Notes under the pieces: model-generated
Databases searched by the model: none
Told to the model about the DNA's origin: nothing
Seen by the model: the letters and a program-made list of their open reading frames with translations, nothing else
Made by a program: the position numbers and the translations under genes
In this document: positions 37,920 to 51,981 of the stretch, one piece after another
Position numbering within the stretch: the first letter of the stretch is position 1
How the letters are laid out: every line of letters begins with the position of its first letter
From: Camelus ferus
Taxonomy: Eukaryota
Assembly (NCBI RefSeq): GCF_009834535.1
Contig: NC_045707.1
Location: 57,910,001-57,974,000, forward strand
Length of the DNA stretch: 64,000 nt
Direction of reading: 5' to 3'

Positions 37920-38460
37920 GACATTCTTTCATTCATATATTCAATAAACACTGCTTAAACACCTACTATATATCAGGTGCTAGCATAGGTAATTACACCA
38001 AAAAAAGTAAAATAATGAGCCTTTTTTGAAAAGTTCATAGTCCAAAAGAAGAGGTATACATGTAAGTAAATGATTATAACATGACAATATAGATTCTTTT
38101 TAAATGTTGCAGTAACACAGAACATTGAATACTTGATTTTGACTTGGGTGGAGGGATGCGAGAAATAGAATTCTTAAGAGTGCTTTGTGTGGTTGAGGCA
38201 CATGTGAAGAGCTGAGGTTGGGTTGAAGAGAAAAGACATTCCTAAAAAAAGAATCATCAGGAGCAAAGTAAAAAAAAGGGAAGAGAGTATATGTTCCAAA
38301 ATCAATAGCACAGGAAGGGGAGTGAAGGCGGGGAACTGGTGATAAAGTTGGTGAGGTAAGAAAGAGCAGCTTGTAGAGGTCAGGGCAGTCTGTGCTGATG
38401 TTTAATCTTTATCTCAGAAATAAGGAGCAACCACTAATGGGCTTTAAGTATGAAGGAGGA
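37920..38460 (-). mobile_element. L2 3' fragment
   Basis: 'tcattcatatattcaataaacactgcttaaacacctactatatatcaggtgct'; further L2 pieces continue to about 39570. Confidence 0.7.
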
Positions 38461-41400
38461 GGAGTAATGTCTATGTCATGGCCAAGTTGGAACTTATCCA
38501 AAGACTCTGCTTTGATTCTCTTTTCTCACTCACCCTCACTATCATCCAATCAACACCATATTCTAAAGATTTTAATTCCTATGGGTTTCTTATGTCCGTA
38601 TCTTTCTTTCTATCTCTATAGCTACCAATCTAGTTCAGATTTTCTTTGTACTCTTTTTGTAAACAGCCCTTCAGTTGCTGCATTAGTTATCTATTGTCAC
38701 ATAATAAATTATGCCAAAAATTAGAAGTTAAAATAATAATAAATGGAGTTTCTTTGTTTCTGGAACCATCAAGCTATTTCTTTCTTGTTCTTTCTTTCTT
38801 TTTTTTCTTTTTCTTTTTTTTTTTTTTTTGTTGCCTTTATGTAAAATTACCCCTGGGTTCAGAACACCCAGGCCCACTCTGACCTTTATCTTCCTCCCTA
38901 ATTATCTCTTACTCATCTTTCAAGACTCCTTTCAGGAATTATTTTACCCAGTAAGTCTTTCCTAAATCATTCCTCCAACTCACTGCCCAAGACTCATACT
39001 TTCCCTTAGTATTTCCTTAATACTGTGCCTATATTTTCATCGTTTTACACATTACAGTCTGTAATAATTGTCCAATTACACATCTGCCTCCTCTGCCAAA
39101 TGGCAAACATTTTGAGGTTTTTAAACTGTGTCATATTCACACAAGTATTCACAGCACAAAAGTGTTTGAAAAAAATAGAAGACACTCAATAAATTTCTGC
39201 TAAATAAATCATTGACTAGATTTGCGTGTTGGGAAGATTATTTGGATGGTGATAAAAATATATGTGCACTCAAGGCTGGAGAAAATGAAACCAGCATAGA
39301 GTTCATTTAGATACTAGGCTGAAAGATGAGTAAGTCAGTGATGATATAGTGGTAAGGATTGGTTTAAGGGATGTTTATGAAGTTGAGTCAACAGAACTAG
39401 GTGACACATTGTGGAGGGGTCAGGAATGAAAGTCTCAGTAGAAAGATGATGACTGAACCACGGGAGTAGGAAAAATGACCATGAATAAAATAGATTAGCC
39501 AAAAAAAATATCTGAAGAAGTGAGTACAGTTCCTGGGACAGAGTCAATGCTCATCAAATGTTTGTTGGCTTTTCTTTTCTATTTTAATAATCAAAGTGGA
39601 GCTGGGGGCTGGGGAAGGAGGGAGGGATGATGAAGTAGGAGATGAAGGGGGAGGAGGTAGAGGAGGAGGGGAAGGAAGAGGTCAAGGTGAATGACAGAAG
39701 AAAGAAAATCTTTTTTATCAAGAAAATTTTAAATACAGAAGCAAGATCCAAGTGATAAACATGAGGGTTGTTTCCCTTAAAGCTACAAGAAATGTAGTAA
39801 CTAAAACCTAATCTAGGCAATTTAAATGAGTTTAGTTACTTGTATCTTAAACTCAAAGATCAGAATAAATGAACTGAATTAAAGTCAAGTAAACTGCACT
39901 TTTACTATAAATGTAACAGAAGAGATGCATAAAGAGAGAGGAAATTATTTATTTTGCCCTTTCTGACTCATTTCCCTGTTGAAAATGGGAGAAAAGCTGC
40001 ATAAATCCTAACATTATCTTCAAAACCACCTCTGTGATGTTCAATCAGCTTGATCTATAGGTGAGAGGAGCAGGGCAGGAAACGTCATTCGTTTGGAATA
40101 GACACCTGACCTCTCGCCTACGCAATCCAGCTCCAAGCTTTAGATCAAATTGGCCTACCTCAGTATCTTTATCCAAGACAACTACTGATGTGTTTTCTCT
40201 GCATCTTCACTAGTCTAGCATTTGTCTAGTTTTAAAGGAAATATATCATCAGAACAGATGTATTCACCACTGGCTTGAATCCAGCCATTTCCAAGCACAA
40301 ACCACGATGGGATGACTTGTTTAAAAAGTGTTTAGGGGAAAAATCTATCAATAGCTTGGTAACAGTTGGAATGAGGAAAAACTGAACACAAAGAGACCAG
40401 TTAAGAAGAACAAGCATGACAGAGAACTTGGACAAGGGTGATAACAGTGAGATTTGGAAAGGAAAAAGGAGACAGAACATTACAGAAGGAAAATAGATAA
40501 GACTTAGTAGATAAAGAATGGAGATGAGTACAAAATAACTTTATGGTTTTAAGCCACGGCCAGAATAGAGAAATTGAGATTATCTGCTGGTTTTGAGAAT
40601 CAGTTTTATATAGTGTCACAGAAGTTAAGAGAACAAAGGAAGAGTTTAATGTAGTGAGGGCAATTGACAAGGCAAACGTTACAGGAAAGTCCAAAAAATA
40701 AGTCAGTTTTTAAAAGTCTTTACATATGTTTCCTAAAACGTTACTGGTGATTATGAAGAACAGTTCAGGAGAGTAGTGGGGCTGAATTCAGATCACAAGG
40801 AAGCAAAGAATGAATAGGAAAGAAATAGAGGTGACAGACACAAAATATTTTAAGGAAGTTTGGAAGTAAAAGAAAAGCAAAAAATGAGACAATGATTCAA
40901 GATATTAAAGCCGAGGAAGGGCCATAGCACCCTCATAATAAAACTATAAGGAAACTGTAAAATAGTCTTTTCTATTAGTATAATGATTCAAAATTTTTCA
41001 CCTTAAAAGAATGTGTTCTAAAAGCAACTGGCAGTAATTCCTTGCTGTTAACACCTGTTGGCCTGGCAGGTTCACATAATGGTTGATTATATAGAGGCTG
41101 TTCCAGAAATATAGAAAAGATATACTTAAAACACAAAAAGACAGAGGTACCGACAATTCTTATTCACACTTTTCCACTCTCTAAATGAGCTTGGTTTTGT
41201 CTGATGTGAAAGCAAGACACAGAGAAAAGGGTTTTTAATTCAAAGCTTACGCTCTCTTCCAAGAGCATGTCTAAAACTTACTGCTTTATAAAATCCAGAG
41301 TGCAAGCAAGGACTTGAGTTGCAGGGGAACTACATGGCTTTCTGCGTTTGGAAACTTGGTCTTTCCAAGCAGTGGAAATGAAAACAAAGCATGTATGAAA

Positions 41401-44400
41401 AATGACTGTCCTGCTCTTATTTGAGTGTTTGCATACTGTTTCCCATAAAGGAGCAGAAACCCAGTGTCAGACTCGTGCATACTCAGAAAGGGAAAAGATA
41501 GCATCTCAGGAATGAGACTGGAGAAATGTGACTCATCTCTTTTGCTCCTTGCCAAGCTTACCTTGACATTTATTTCTATAAACATAGTCAGCAAAGACTA
41601 TGCAAAGAAATTATCTTCTGAATCTACATCTGGGTTTTTTCTCCACTGCCACCTCTTGGCCAGCTAGGAGAGTTTTCCCCTCTCTGTTAAATAATAATGC
41701 TAATAATTAGCAAGGCAATGTACATTGTATTGTCCCTTACTTCTAGCTTCCTCCTTGCATGCTAGTCTCATTTTAGCTTTGCCATAGCCCTGTGAAACGA
41801 ACAAGGACATTCATTTTTGCCTTCTGTTGATTATCAAGGTATATCTTGATGTCCATGCAGAGGAAACAGAGGTACTTAAAACTATTTTGGTGTTGGGTAA
41901 CAGTGCATTTTTTCCCTCTTTTTGTTGGGGGAATGTTATTTTAGAACTAAGTTCATAAGGTAGAAGTATGTATGTATATCAGTCAAATGTGATCTCAAAT
42001 ACCTTTTTTTTTTTCTTTTTAGTTACCTACACAATTCAAAAGGATGGTTTTGACAACTGTCTGTTTGCTTGTTTGCATCAACCTAAAATGATTTAAATAA
42101 GCTCATTTGAGTTTTAGATGGATTTGGGGCTTGAGTTATTTATATTAGCTGTATGATGATTTTGCAGTTCTGTCTTCTTCATGTTTACAAAATTATGTTC
42201 TGAAACTAAGTACAAATTATAAGCACATGTCATCGCATAGACTCTGTATTTTTTGCAGTCTTACTTCTCAGCAACTCAGGCACACCTCCAATTACTGGAA
42301 CTCAATATAAATTGTTTCTGCTTAAGACTACTGAGGGATAAAAGGATCGGTCACTAGTCCCACATAAACCCTCAGGGAACTTCCCACTATGGATATATAA
42401 TGGCCTATCATCCTTACTATGTCAGCTAAGTTCCCTTTGTCTAGATATTGTATTATAATATTAGACCATCTACATGATGTAATGTGAAGAGTTGTAGTGT
42501 CAATTATTCTATCTACTTGGTCAGTTTAGGAAACCAAACAAGATCATTCAAGCTGTTGCTATGATTTTTTTTCCTTACCTAAACTGGTTGAATTCACTCT
42601 GTTGTACAGATTCTTCCCTGTAGGGAAGGATGGAAGACTTCGATAAGATGGTTGCCAAGGATGAGGGGGCTGTTGCAGATATTTAACACCTGTAGTATGT
42701 TAAGAGTCAAGAGTTTCTCTTCTAAAATATCTGATGGAGGAGGTTAAGGAGCAACAGTCTGATTTAAAAGTGGGTCTAGGAGTCTCATAGCAAAGCTGCA
42801 TGCACATAGAAATTATTCTGGCTTTGTTTACATGAAGTGTCTACTTGAGGTGGCTTTAGAAGTTGTCATGAGTTGTTCCCACTGCATACTCCCACTCACC
42901 CCTTTCATCCCTGTCAACTAGTCATAGGAAATCCCCTTTCGTTAACCTCAATAACCCTCTGTGCTACCACTATCTAAGGACCTCGGAGTCCAAGGACAAA
43001 TCTGTGAATTTGTGATTTTGGAAAATGCATTCATTCATTTTTTAAGTGTTTTTATTTATCTGTGACTGCCTGGTACTGTCCTGGTAAGCAAAATAGACAA
43101 TCTATGTCATTCCAGTTATACTACTAGCAGCAAACTGCAGGGTGAACTGAAGCCAAGCGAGTCTGGTGGAAAAGGGACCAGTTAAGAAGCTGCTGCATTT
43201 ATCCTGTGGAGAATGATGAAGAAAAGAGAACAGATTCAAGAGATGGTTGGGAGAGAGTCCTGCATTCTTCACAGAACCTAGAACCATATTTCATTTGCCT
43301 TAGGCACATGCACCCCCAATGCACTGCAATCTTAATTCTAAAATCTTGGACTGCGGCTGTCAGCTGGGTCAAAAGGTCAGTCCCTCGATGCTGTTTCCTC
43401 TTTTCTTCCCACTGTCTCTTCTGGAGTATAAACAATCAGGCTCCTCACGTTCCCATCAGATAGGAAATTGTGATTCCAGGGAAATGGGCCAAAATTAGCC
43501 AGCTTCCTCCTTATAAGCAGGCCTCTTCTCGATAAATAACATTCTATTTACGTTGAAACCAGAAACCTTGTTTAATATCCAATATCAATATCAAAAGGCA
43601 GTCTTGTTCCTTAAGATGACAAAAAAAAAAAAAAAACCAGATCTAAGATTAAACACTTCTTAAGACAAGTGTTTTAGGACCTCTCTCAGAATCTGCCTGA
43701 TAAAAATGACTTCTCCAGGTTACTATTTTTAGCCATCATCTTTTTCCTACCAAAATATGTCCTCACTAGTACAAAATGTCAGCTTATATGCAATAAGTGT
43801 CACTTCTCCACAATTTTGTTATTAGTAAAAATAACTCCACCCAAATAAAGCAAATGATATCTGAGTGTTTGAAACTGTGTCAATTGAACAATAATTCATA
43901 TCACTTTAAAGGGCTGTGGTAGAGGTTCACTGGTTGAGCTCTGTATTTATTATATTTTGTAAAAGTAACTGAACTTAGGGTTTGTTTATAGTTAAACATT
44001 TTTGGCACATGAGTTTCAATGTCCTCTTCACCTTCCTAAGCCACCAGGGGAAGGAAGAAGACATTTTTTTCTGATCCTTTCCCAGTCCTGCCAGATTGTA
44101 CAAAACAGCAGATACAGAGTTTACTGTCTTTGCAAAATTGGTCAGCATCAGTCTATCTCAATTGTGCTTCATAGCCTGATGGCAGCTGATAAAGACCTTC
44201 CTACAGACTTCTATGATTTAGGAGCTCAACCCAGGAATACCGACCACAGGTATCTTAGTAGCATAATTACCTCCAATTTCTCTCATCTGAACCTTTCAAG
44301 TTTACCTTTTCCCTGCCTTGGACAAACCTCTTAAACTACTCAGGGGTGTTCCAGTGGTACTGATAATACAATAGCCACATGTATCCACACACGCATGCAC

Positions 44401-45223
44401 ATGCATACCACCCTCGCCATACACGCACTCATTCTTAAGGGAAGGTAAAAAATAGCCCAAATTAGAAGTGAAGAACACCCAGGCAAGAGACTGGCTACTG
44501 GTGGTGATGAAAACAGCAGGCCTGATAGTACTGACCAGTCTTCCTGAAGGAGGTGACTGTAAAGATGTGCTTTGAAGTGAGGTGGCTATTTTAGAAAACA
44601 GCACTAGCAGAGAAGGCATAGGGCATTTAAGACTGAGGGAAATATAAGCAAGGAATAAAATCAAGGAAGCACAGTATGTCCAAGAAAACCTGTGAAATCC
44701 AATTTGGCTGTGATTGGGTAAATGGATACTGGCAAAACAGAACCAGGTAGATAAGGCAGGTTTAATTACTTTGTGGATTGTTCTATATCCTGCAGAAAGA
44801 AGGTTAAATTTAATGTGGTAAAATCTTGGAGGCAGTTGATGTTATGAAGAAAAAACACCATCAGATGCTTTAGGAGGATTATTCTGGCAAGCAGTTTTCA
44901 GAGTGAACAAATGAAAGAAGATGTGGGAAGTACAGAAGACATCAGGTGGCTATTTCAGGCAAAATGTGCTCAGCCTGAGTTAAAGTGATGGCACTGGGAA
45001 TAGAAATTACATAACAGATTCAAGAGCCATGGTGGAGTTTAGTTCTACATGACTAGGCTTTTAACTGTCATTGCACAGTAAGAAGAAGCAAGAGTCATGG
45101 GTAACTGTAAGGTCTTAACAACTAAATTAATTGAATAATTCAAATGCCATTAATGAAAAAAGCAAAGTCAGGAAAAGGACTTGTTTTGGAGAAGACATGA
45201 TGAGTTCTTTAACGTACATATTT

Positions 45224-45344
45224 GGGGGGGGGGGAGGTAATTAGGTTTATTTATTTATTTTTAGAGGAAAGCACTGGAGATTGAACCCAGGACTTCACGC
45301 ACTACTAAGCATGCACTCTACCACTTGAGCTATACCCTCCCCCC
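45224..45344 (-). mobile_element. Camelid tRNA-derived SINE (vic-1 type)
   Basis: Reverse complement reads ggggggagggtatagctcaagtggtagagtgcatgcttagtagtgcgtgaagtcctgggttcaatctccagtgc...aaataaacctaattacctcccc; TSD acRtacatattt at 45212-45223 and 45347-45358. Confidence 0.92.
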
Positions 45345-45454
45345 TTACATACATATTTTTAAAGTCACCCACAGGTAATTATTATTGCCTCTATTTTACA
45401 GATGGTAATTAAGATGGTAACTGAGATTCAGAGGTAAAAGTGATTACATCATAT

Positions 45455-46020
45455 ACCTCTTGTGTGTCACCCCAGATATGCTTAACCCCATTTGTCTTTG
45501 AGGTCCTTGTCCCATTGGTCTACCTGAGCCTTCACTTTGAAGACCAACTCTATATGGATTCCAATAGTTTTACCCAATAGCCTCTGACTAGTCATGCCAA
45601 TGGATACATCTTTCATCTCTTATTCCAGGGCTTTCCTGTTGCCACTGAGCTATCAGACCCTGCCCCTCTTGCTCAAATCATGCATGCACACAACTGAAGT
45701 ACAGAGAAGCTAACACATCATGGAGTAATCCTTTGAGCAATGGATGATGAGAGCTGAGGGATAATTTCTTCTTCCCAAGATGGACCAGCCTAAGATGTAA
45801 TTTAAGATGGCTTATTGGAAGGAAGCCCTTCAAGAGTGAGTAATCACTTACATTTGATTCTAGATGGTACCATGTCCAGCTCAGAGTCTCTCTTCATTTG
45901 GCTCTCCTTATCTGCCTCATTCTTATTTTCACTCACACCAGCTTCCCAGTAATCCCTAATAAAGTTTCACATAAGCTTTTACCTCAGGCTTCATTTCCTG
46001 GGCAACCTAGTCTAAGAGAA
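45455..46020 (+). mobile_element. ERVL LTR (LTR16-like)
   Basis: 'tttgagcaatggatgatgagagctgagggataatttc...cctaataaagtt...ctcaggcttcatttcctgggcaacctagtctaagag'. Confidence 0.65.
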
Positions 46021-46339
46021 TAGCTAAAGCCTTAACAAAGTTTGATTGGGTGTAGATTTTATAAGCATTTCTGGTTATCAAGATGTGGTTGTCATGAGTG
46101 GTATTCCAGTTATCCTTATAGGCCTGTCATAGATTTTCACTTCTCTCATCCCTTGAAATTGGATGTGATCAATCAGGTGTTTTTCTGGCCAGTAATAAAA
46201 TGAGAATTGAAAGGATGTGGGTCAACTCAGGCTTCATAAGCTTGAAGAGGTAGTGAGTAGTTTTCTATGTCCCCACAGAATAATGAAATCTTAAATCCAA
46301 ATTTGTCTAAACATTCTTTAAAAAAAAATCATGTGGATC

Positions 46340-48190
46340 AACAAGGATAGTAAATAAAACTTCTCACAATGCATGTTTACAGCATAAATCAGAGACAAAA
46401 AAATAAAATACTATGAATTTAAAATTGTATGATAAAGCAAATGAATAAATACATTAATATCTGTGGAACCAGAGTTTTCACTAAGGGAGAAAGAAGATGC
46501 AAACAGGGAGTGGAAGAAGTTGAAGAAGATCCTATGTTAATTGATTTAAAATAGAGGTATTGATGTAACTGATTTTTAAATTTAACATATTTCTAGTTCT
46601 GACCTCTGACCTAGAAGCAACAACAGCCTAGTAGCAATGAAAACACTGAGTATTAGTCTTTTGTTCCTAAACACTTTTCCATACTCAGTCTCCTCAAAGA
46701 AACTAATGGTTCCAGATCTGGAGCAGAGAGAGTACAGGTGTGCCTGGAATATTTTAACATGTTATAAGGCAGATAAAGGCTCAAAACTGACAGAGAAAAG
46801 TTGGAGGGCCCAAGAGCTATCCTAAAGCTAAATTTGGAATAATTTCACTCAGGAAGAATAATGATGATAGCAAAGAATTATTAAAAAAAAAAAAATCCAT
46901 GTGTCCAAAGTGGTACTAAAGAAAGACAAGTGGGAGAGAACTTCTTTATAGAAAAATGACATACAAATGGCCAATAAGCACATGAAAAAATGCTCAATAC
47001 CACTAATTATCAGAGAAATGCAAATCAGAACTACAGTGAGGTATCACCTCACACCAGTCAGAATGGCCATCATTCAAAACTCCACAAACAATGCTGGAGA
47101 GGCTGTGGAGAAAAGGGAACCCTCCTACACTGCTCATGGGAATGTAGTTTGGTGCAGCCATTATGGAAAATAGTATGGAGATTCCTCAAAAGACTAAAAG
47201 TAGACTTACCATATGATACAGCAATCCCACTCCTCGGCATATATCCAGAGGGAAACTTTATTCAAAAAGATACATGCACCCCACTGTTCATAGCAGCATT
47301 ATTTACAATAGCCGAGACATGAAAACAACCTAAATGTCCATTGACAGATGACTGGATAAAGAAGCTGTGGTATATTTATACAATGGAATACTACTCAGCC
47401 ATAAAAAATAACAAAATAATGCCATTTGCAGCAACATGGATGGACCTGGAGATTGTCATTCTAAGTGAAGTAAGCCAGAAATAGAAAGAAAAATACTATA
47501 TGATATCACTTATATGTGGAATCTTAAAAAAGGAAAAAGACAAATGAACTTATTTATGAAACAGAAACAGACTCACAGACATAGAAAGCAAACTTATGGT
47601 TACCAGCAGGGAAAAGGGGTGGGAAGGGATAAATTGGGAGTTCAAGATTTGCAGACACTAAGTAATATATGTAAAATAGATAAACAACAAGTTCATACTG
47701 TATAGCACAGGGAGCTATATTCAATATCTTATAGTAACTTATAGTGAAAAAGAAAATGAAAACGAATATATGTATGTTCATGTATGACTGAAGCATTATG
47801 CTGTACACCAGAAATTGACACATTATAAACAGACTATACTTCAATAAAAATATATCTATACATTAAAAAAGAAAAGAAAAATGTCAGCTAACAAATATAG
47901 AATGAATGCTAGAATTAGAAAAACATTTTTGTGCAACCACCAACATAATAATTGACTTAAGCAAAAGTCATCATTGGATACTAAAACCATTAGGTGAAAG
48001 TCTGTTGAGGGACAGAATATTTACATAATCTCATAACATCTCTCATGTAGATTGCTATGGTTTGCAAAGAGAAAAACTCACTTAACAATGGGAAAACCTA
48101 GCAAATGCCACTTTAGCCAAGTGATCGAATTTCATTTCACCAGTTACGGGACAAACTGACAACATGTGTGCATCCTGATACGATTCACTG
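46340..48190 (+). mobile_element. L1MC-like 3'UTR fragment, split by a young L1 insertion
   Basis: 'aggaactaatggttccag'-like segment at 46700; host reads through as 'ctttatagaaaaatg|tcagctaacaaatatagaatgaatgctagaattagaaaa' and ends at 'gggacaaactgacaacatg...gattcactg'. Confidence 0.7.
46959..47874 (+). mobile_element. Young 5'-truncated cetartiodactyl/camelid L1 (ORF2 C-terminus, 3'UTR, A tail)
   Basis: ORF2 C-terminal peptides [34 protein letters not shown] and [26 protein letters not shown]...[14 protein letters not shown] (one frameshift between them); TSD agaaaaatg at 46950-46958 and 47875-47883. Confidence 0.95.
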
Positions 48191-51100
48191 TGCTTAGAAT
48201 AATTTATGTTAAGAAAACTGGATATTACTCCACCCACTTGCCACTACAAAATGAACAATTTATTCAGAATTACTGTAGAATAATAAATCAGAATTACTTT
48301 AAAGTTTAAATGATATGAGGTATCTGAAAGGGAAGCATATCAATATGCCAAAAATCAGATTTTCTAAAGCCTGTTCACTGAAAGTTAGTCAGCTAAATGA
48401 CTAGATTTTAAAAGTCCATTTGCCTACTTCCCAGTATTAGCAATTTACAAAAGGCATGTTTCTTTTAACTATTTGAATAACATTTGACTAACTTGGAGGA
48501 AATTTTTACAGCAGCAATAGGGAACTAATACAGCCATTCTACAGTCTTCATTGTACAGTCTACACCCAAGCTGTCCTCTGATCTCAGACACTTGAGCAAG
48601 CCCAGCCAACATCAGTGAGATGTTAAGCCATCCTATCCAACATAAACTGCTGTGAAATTTATAAATAATTAAAGGACACATATTTGGTAAATTAAATCAC
48701 TTGGTGAATTTGTCAAATTGGTAATTCAACAAAATTTTTAGCAAATTCACTGAAGTAAGACAAAATGCTTCAAAAACATTTATTATTTTTCACTATAGTG
48801 CTAATATTGTGATACATTTTATGCTGAATCCGTTAAACGAAGTAGAACGATAAAAACTACAAATAAAAGAGTTTAATGCCCACTATTACACTGCCTTCTG
48901 TATAGTGATGATTAAAATCAAACATAGCCAAAGCAAAGCAGTTATAAAATATGGAATCATTCAATCCGAAGCATCATACATAAGGAGTACTAGTGAGGCA
49001 TGGAGTATAGTATTGTGTGCGTGTGTTCGGGGTGGGAGGAGGTTTGTACACGTGAGTGTGTATGTGCATATGTGTCTTTCACAAGCTGGCTGCAAAATCC
49101 TCATACTCTGTAGAACATGTGCCAGTTGCTTGAAAAATCTGAGTGTGCATCAACTGAAGAAAGAGATGGAGAAGCAGAAGAGAGAAGAAATTATTAAAAA
49201 AATATATGGACAAGAGAAGAAAGATAAAGGAAAGGAAAATAAAGAAGACGGACACTCAATCCCTGGAGAGAGAAAACAAACACAATGGTGGTCTACCACC
49301 AATCCATTGGGAAATCAACCTAAGCCAGATTCCTAGTTTACTGACATGGGACCCTGACATGGTCTGTGAAGTCCATGATGATACAATGGCATCATCAAGA
49401 GGTGGTTCCCGGTAATGTAAAGGCCATTCTGTCCCAGAAAGAAGACAGGAAGAAGGGGTGATTTCATGAGAAGATGAAGCTATCAAGAGCTGAAGAATCT
49501 TACTTCATTGGCTCATGTGTAAATTTTGCCACACAGACAGTGACTGATGATGTCTGAATATAACAGCTGACAAGACACTATGGCCTTCGAGCCAGCAAAT
49601 GTTTTCATCAATACAACCCAGCAGTTATGATTTGCATCCATTCATCCTTGTGGATCTTGGAATGACTCCCTTTTATTTTTAATGATATGGTAAGATATTT
49701 GGTCTTATAATTAACTCTGAACACATTCAAAAAAAAAAAAAGGTCTGCTCCTGTTTTGATGGAAATGTTTTTATCTGCAATGATTAACGTTATTTTTCCC
49801 AATACTTTTGGAACCAAACCAGTCATGATTTCCATCGGGTGCACCCTCATGACAGCAAGTTCCAGTGCTTTGCAAACTTTTCCACCTTCAGAAATAGTTA
49901 TTTAAATGCTGTCATGCCAGGGATATCAATTTAACATTTCTCATCCAGAATCATAAAGTCTGAGTAAAAAAGGCACATGTGGTTAGGGAGAGACAAGATT
50001 TGGGGAATAGGAAGGGAAATGTTATTATCAACTTTCACCCTTTTGTATTAAAATAAAGGTTCATAATACTTGCAATTCCTGACATATATATATATATATT
50101 CAAACATTCATATAGGCTGGGCTAAAAAATTACTCTCTCATGGAAAAAGTCATAATTGGAACAATTTGGATATTATCTACAAACAATAAAAATACGTAGT
50201 GCAAAGATAAAATCTGTGGGATATCTTGAAATAACATTTTCTGAATTGATATTATTTCTGTTTTCCTTTAGAAATTTAGCTGATACATGAGAAACCTTCC
50301 TAAAATAGCTAGCTATGTGACCTTAGACAAATAATCTAACTTCTCTTTAAACTGAAGGATAAACCCTGAGGGTCTTTTACCTCTAGCATTTTATAACTGA
50401 GTGGTAATTAAATTTATTTTGATGTGACTCCCTCTCCACAGATGTTTTAAGCCCAGTTACCTCCATTGTATATGTTCTTTGAATAGTTCTAAATAAATTT
50501 TACCCGAAGACAGGAAATTTCTGATTCAGTCACAAATTTTTTCTCGTCACACTTTCTTAATTTTAGTTTTATTTTCTAATTTTTTTTGGTTCATAATTTT
50601 AAAATTTACAAACCCATCAGATTTTTTAAAAAATTGATGAGACACAATCATTACTAAAGCTTTTGTGTGACATACTCTATAGACACCATGTCTTGCCCTT
50701 GAGACATGCTTGATCAGGTAGTTCCCCTCTACCCCATGCAGAACCCTGCTCTCACCTCTCCAATCCAAGGCATGCCTTCTTGAAGGAATAAGGGAGGCAA
50801 TGAAGAATTAAGACCCTTAGCCATTTCGTTATTAAGTGTATCCTCGGTCCTAACTAGCTGACTGAGTTAGGTCTTTCCCCAAGTTAGGTAAGCACTCGAA
50901 ACCACAGTTAGCACTAGAATATGCCCCTCTTGGCATCTCTGATTTAGCTGGTCTTGCCTGGGGCCCAGGTGGCAATTTGTTGGAACTCCTAGGTGATTCT
51001 AATGAGCAGCAAATGTTGAGAAATGGAAGAGCTATGTGCTCATGGCTTTTCTAAGCATCCCCTCACAGGATCTGATGTGGGGGGAGCTGTGGAGCTGTGA

Positions 51101-51493
51101 CATTTCTTGGTGGGCAGAGGCTGGCCTTGAGCTTTCACATGGCATATCTATCTTGCACCCCATTTAAAGGAAGCTAGTTACCACGATATCAAAGGGATGG
51201 CATAATAAACATTCAACAAACATTTATTGCATGCACACTTAATGTAAGAACTGTTTCATTTACAAAATAATCCTGTCTTAAGGTGACTTCCTGCCAGGAG
51301 ATGATGTTACATGTATGATTTAGAACATTATTAATGTTAGCCACAAAACACTGATCCCAAAATATCTGGGTAAGTATGCAAGTCACATGGGGAGCATTTT
51401 AAAAAGTCAGAATCCTGGCCCCACAAGAAATCTACTGAATTTGGATATTCAAGTGCTTCAGGTAGCCTTAACAACAGCTTACTCTCTCAAGGC

Positions 51494-51888
51494 TGTGTTT
51501 TTGAAATTTTGTCCACAGCTCCAGCTATGGGAATGGTGGATGGAAAGTACATTCCAAGGACAGGGTTAGGGATAAGGAGCCTCCCACTGTCCCGGTCCAG
51601 CTCACAGGGGTCAACCAACAGTCACATCCTCTCAGTGACCTCCTCCAATACTACTGGTGTTGAGATTATATGGACTGGATTTGTGCCTAAACCCAGTTAA
51701 GGCCTCTATATAAACTTTTAAGATTCTGGTAGGCAGATATGGAGGTACATTTGTCTTGCAGCCACCCAAGACAAGCCTTGTATGTAAGTTCCCTTGCTTA
51801 TTAAAATTGCCACCTACCATCTGGAGTTGCCTGTCTTTTTCTTTGGTCTCTCTTTACCCTCCATGTATGTGGGCCAGTTTGTGAAACA
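51494..51888 (+). mobile_element. Solo LTR, family unassigned
   Basis: TG...CA ends, TATATAAA at 51707-51714, ATTAAA at 51800-51805 and a U5-like pyrimidine stretch; no TSD found. Confidence 0.6.
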
Positions 51889-51981
51889 AGTAGATTCAAA
51901 GGTCCGGAATTAATGGACATCTGGTTTGGATACATTGTTAATCAGAGAACATAAGATTGTGTTGTAGAGTTAAGAACCTTT

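Noticed and set aside
44040..44056. CTCF-like GCCACCAGGGGAAGG
   Set aside because: Lacks the conserved 3' GGC part of the core motif
46967..47322. ORFs with clear protein-like sequence
   Set aside because: L1 ORF2 C-terminus in a 5'-truncated, frameshifted copy, not a host gene; the same applies to 62381-62773 and 9921-10151
48905..49336. Longest ORF in the track (143 aa), with a K/E-rich stretch
   Set aside because: GTG start, runs through GT-rich and GA-rich low-complexity DNA, no recognisable domain or good splice boundaries
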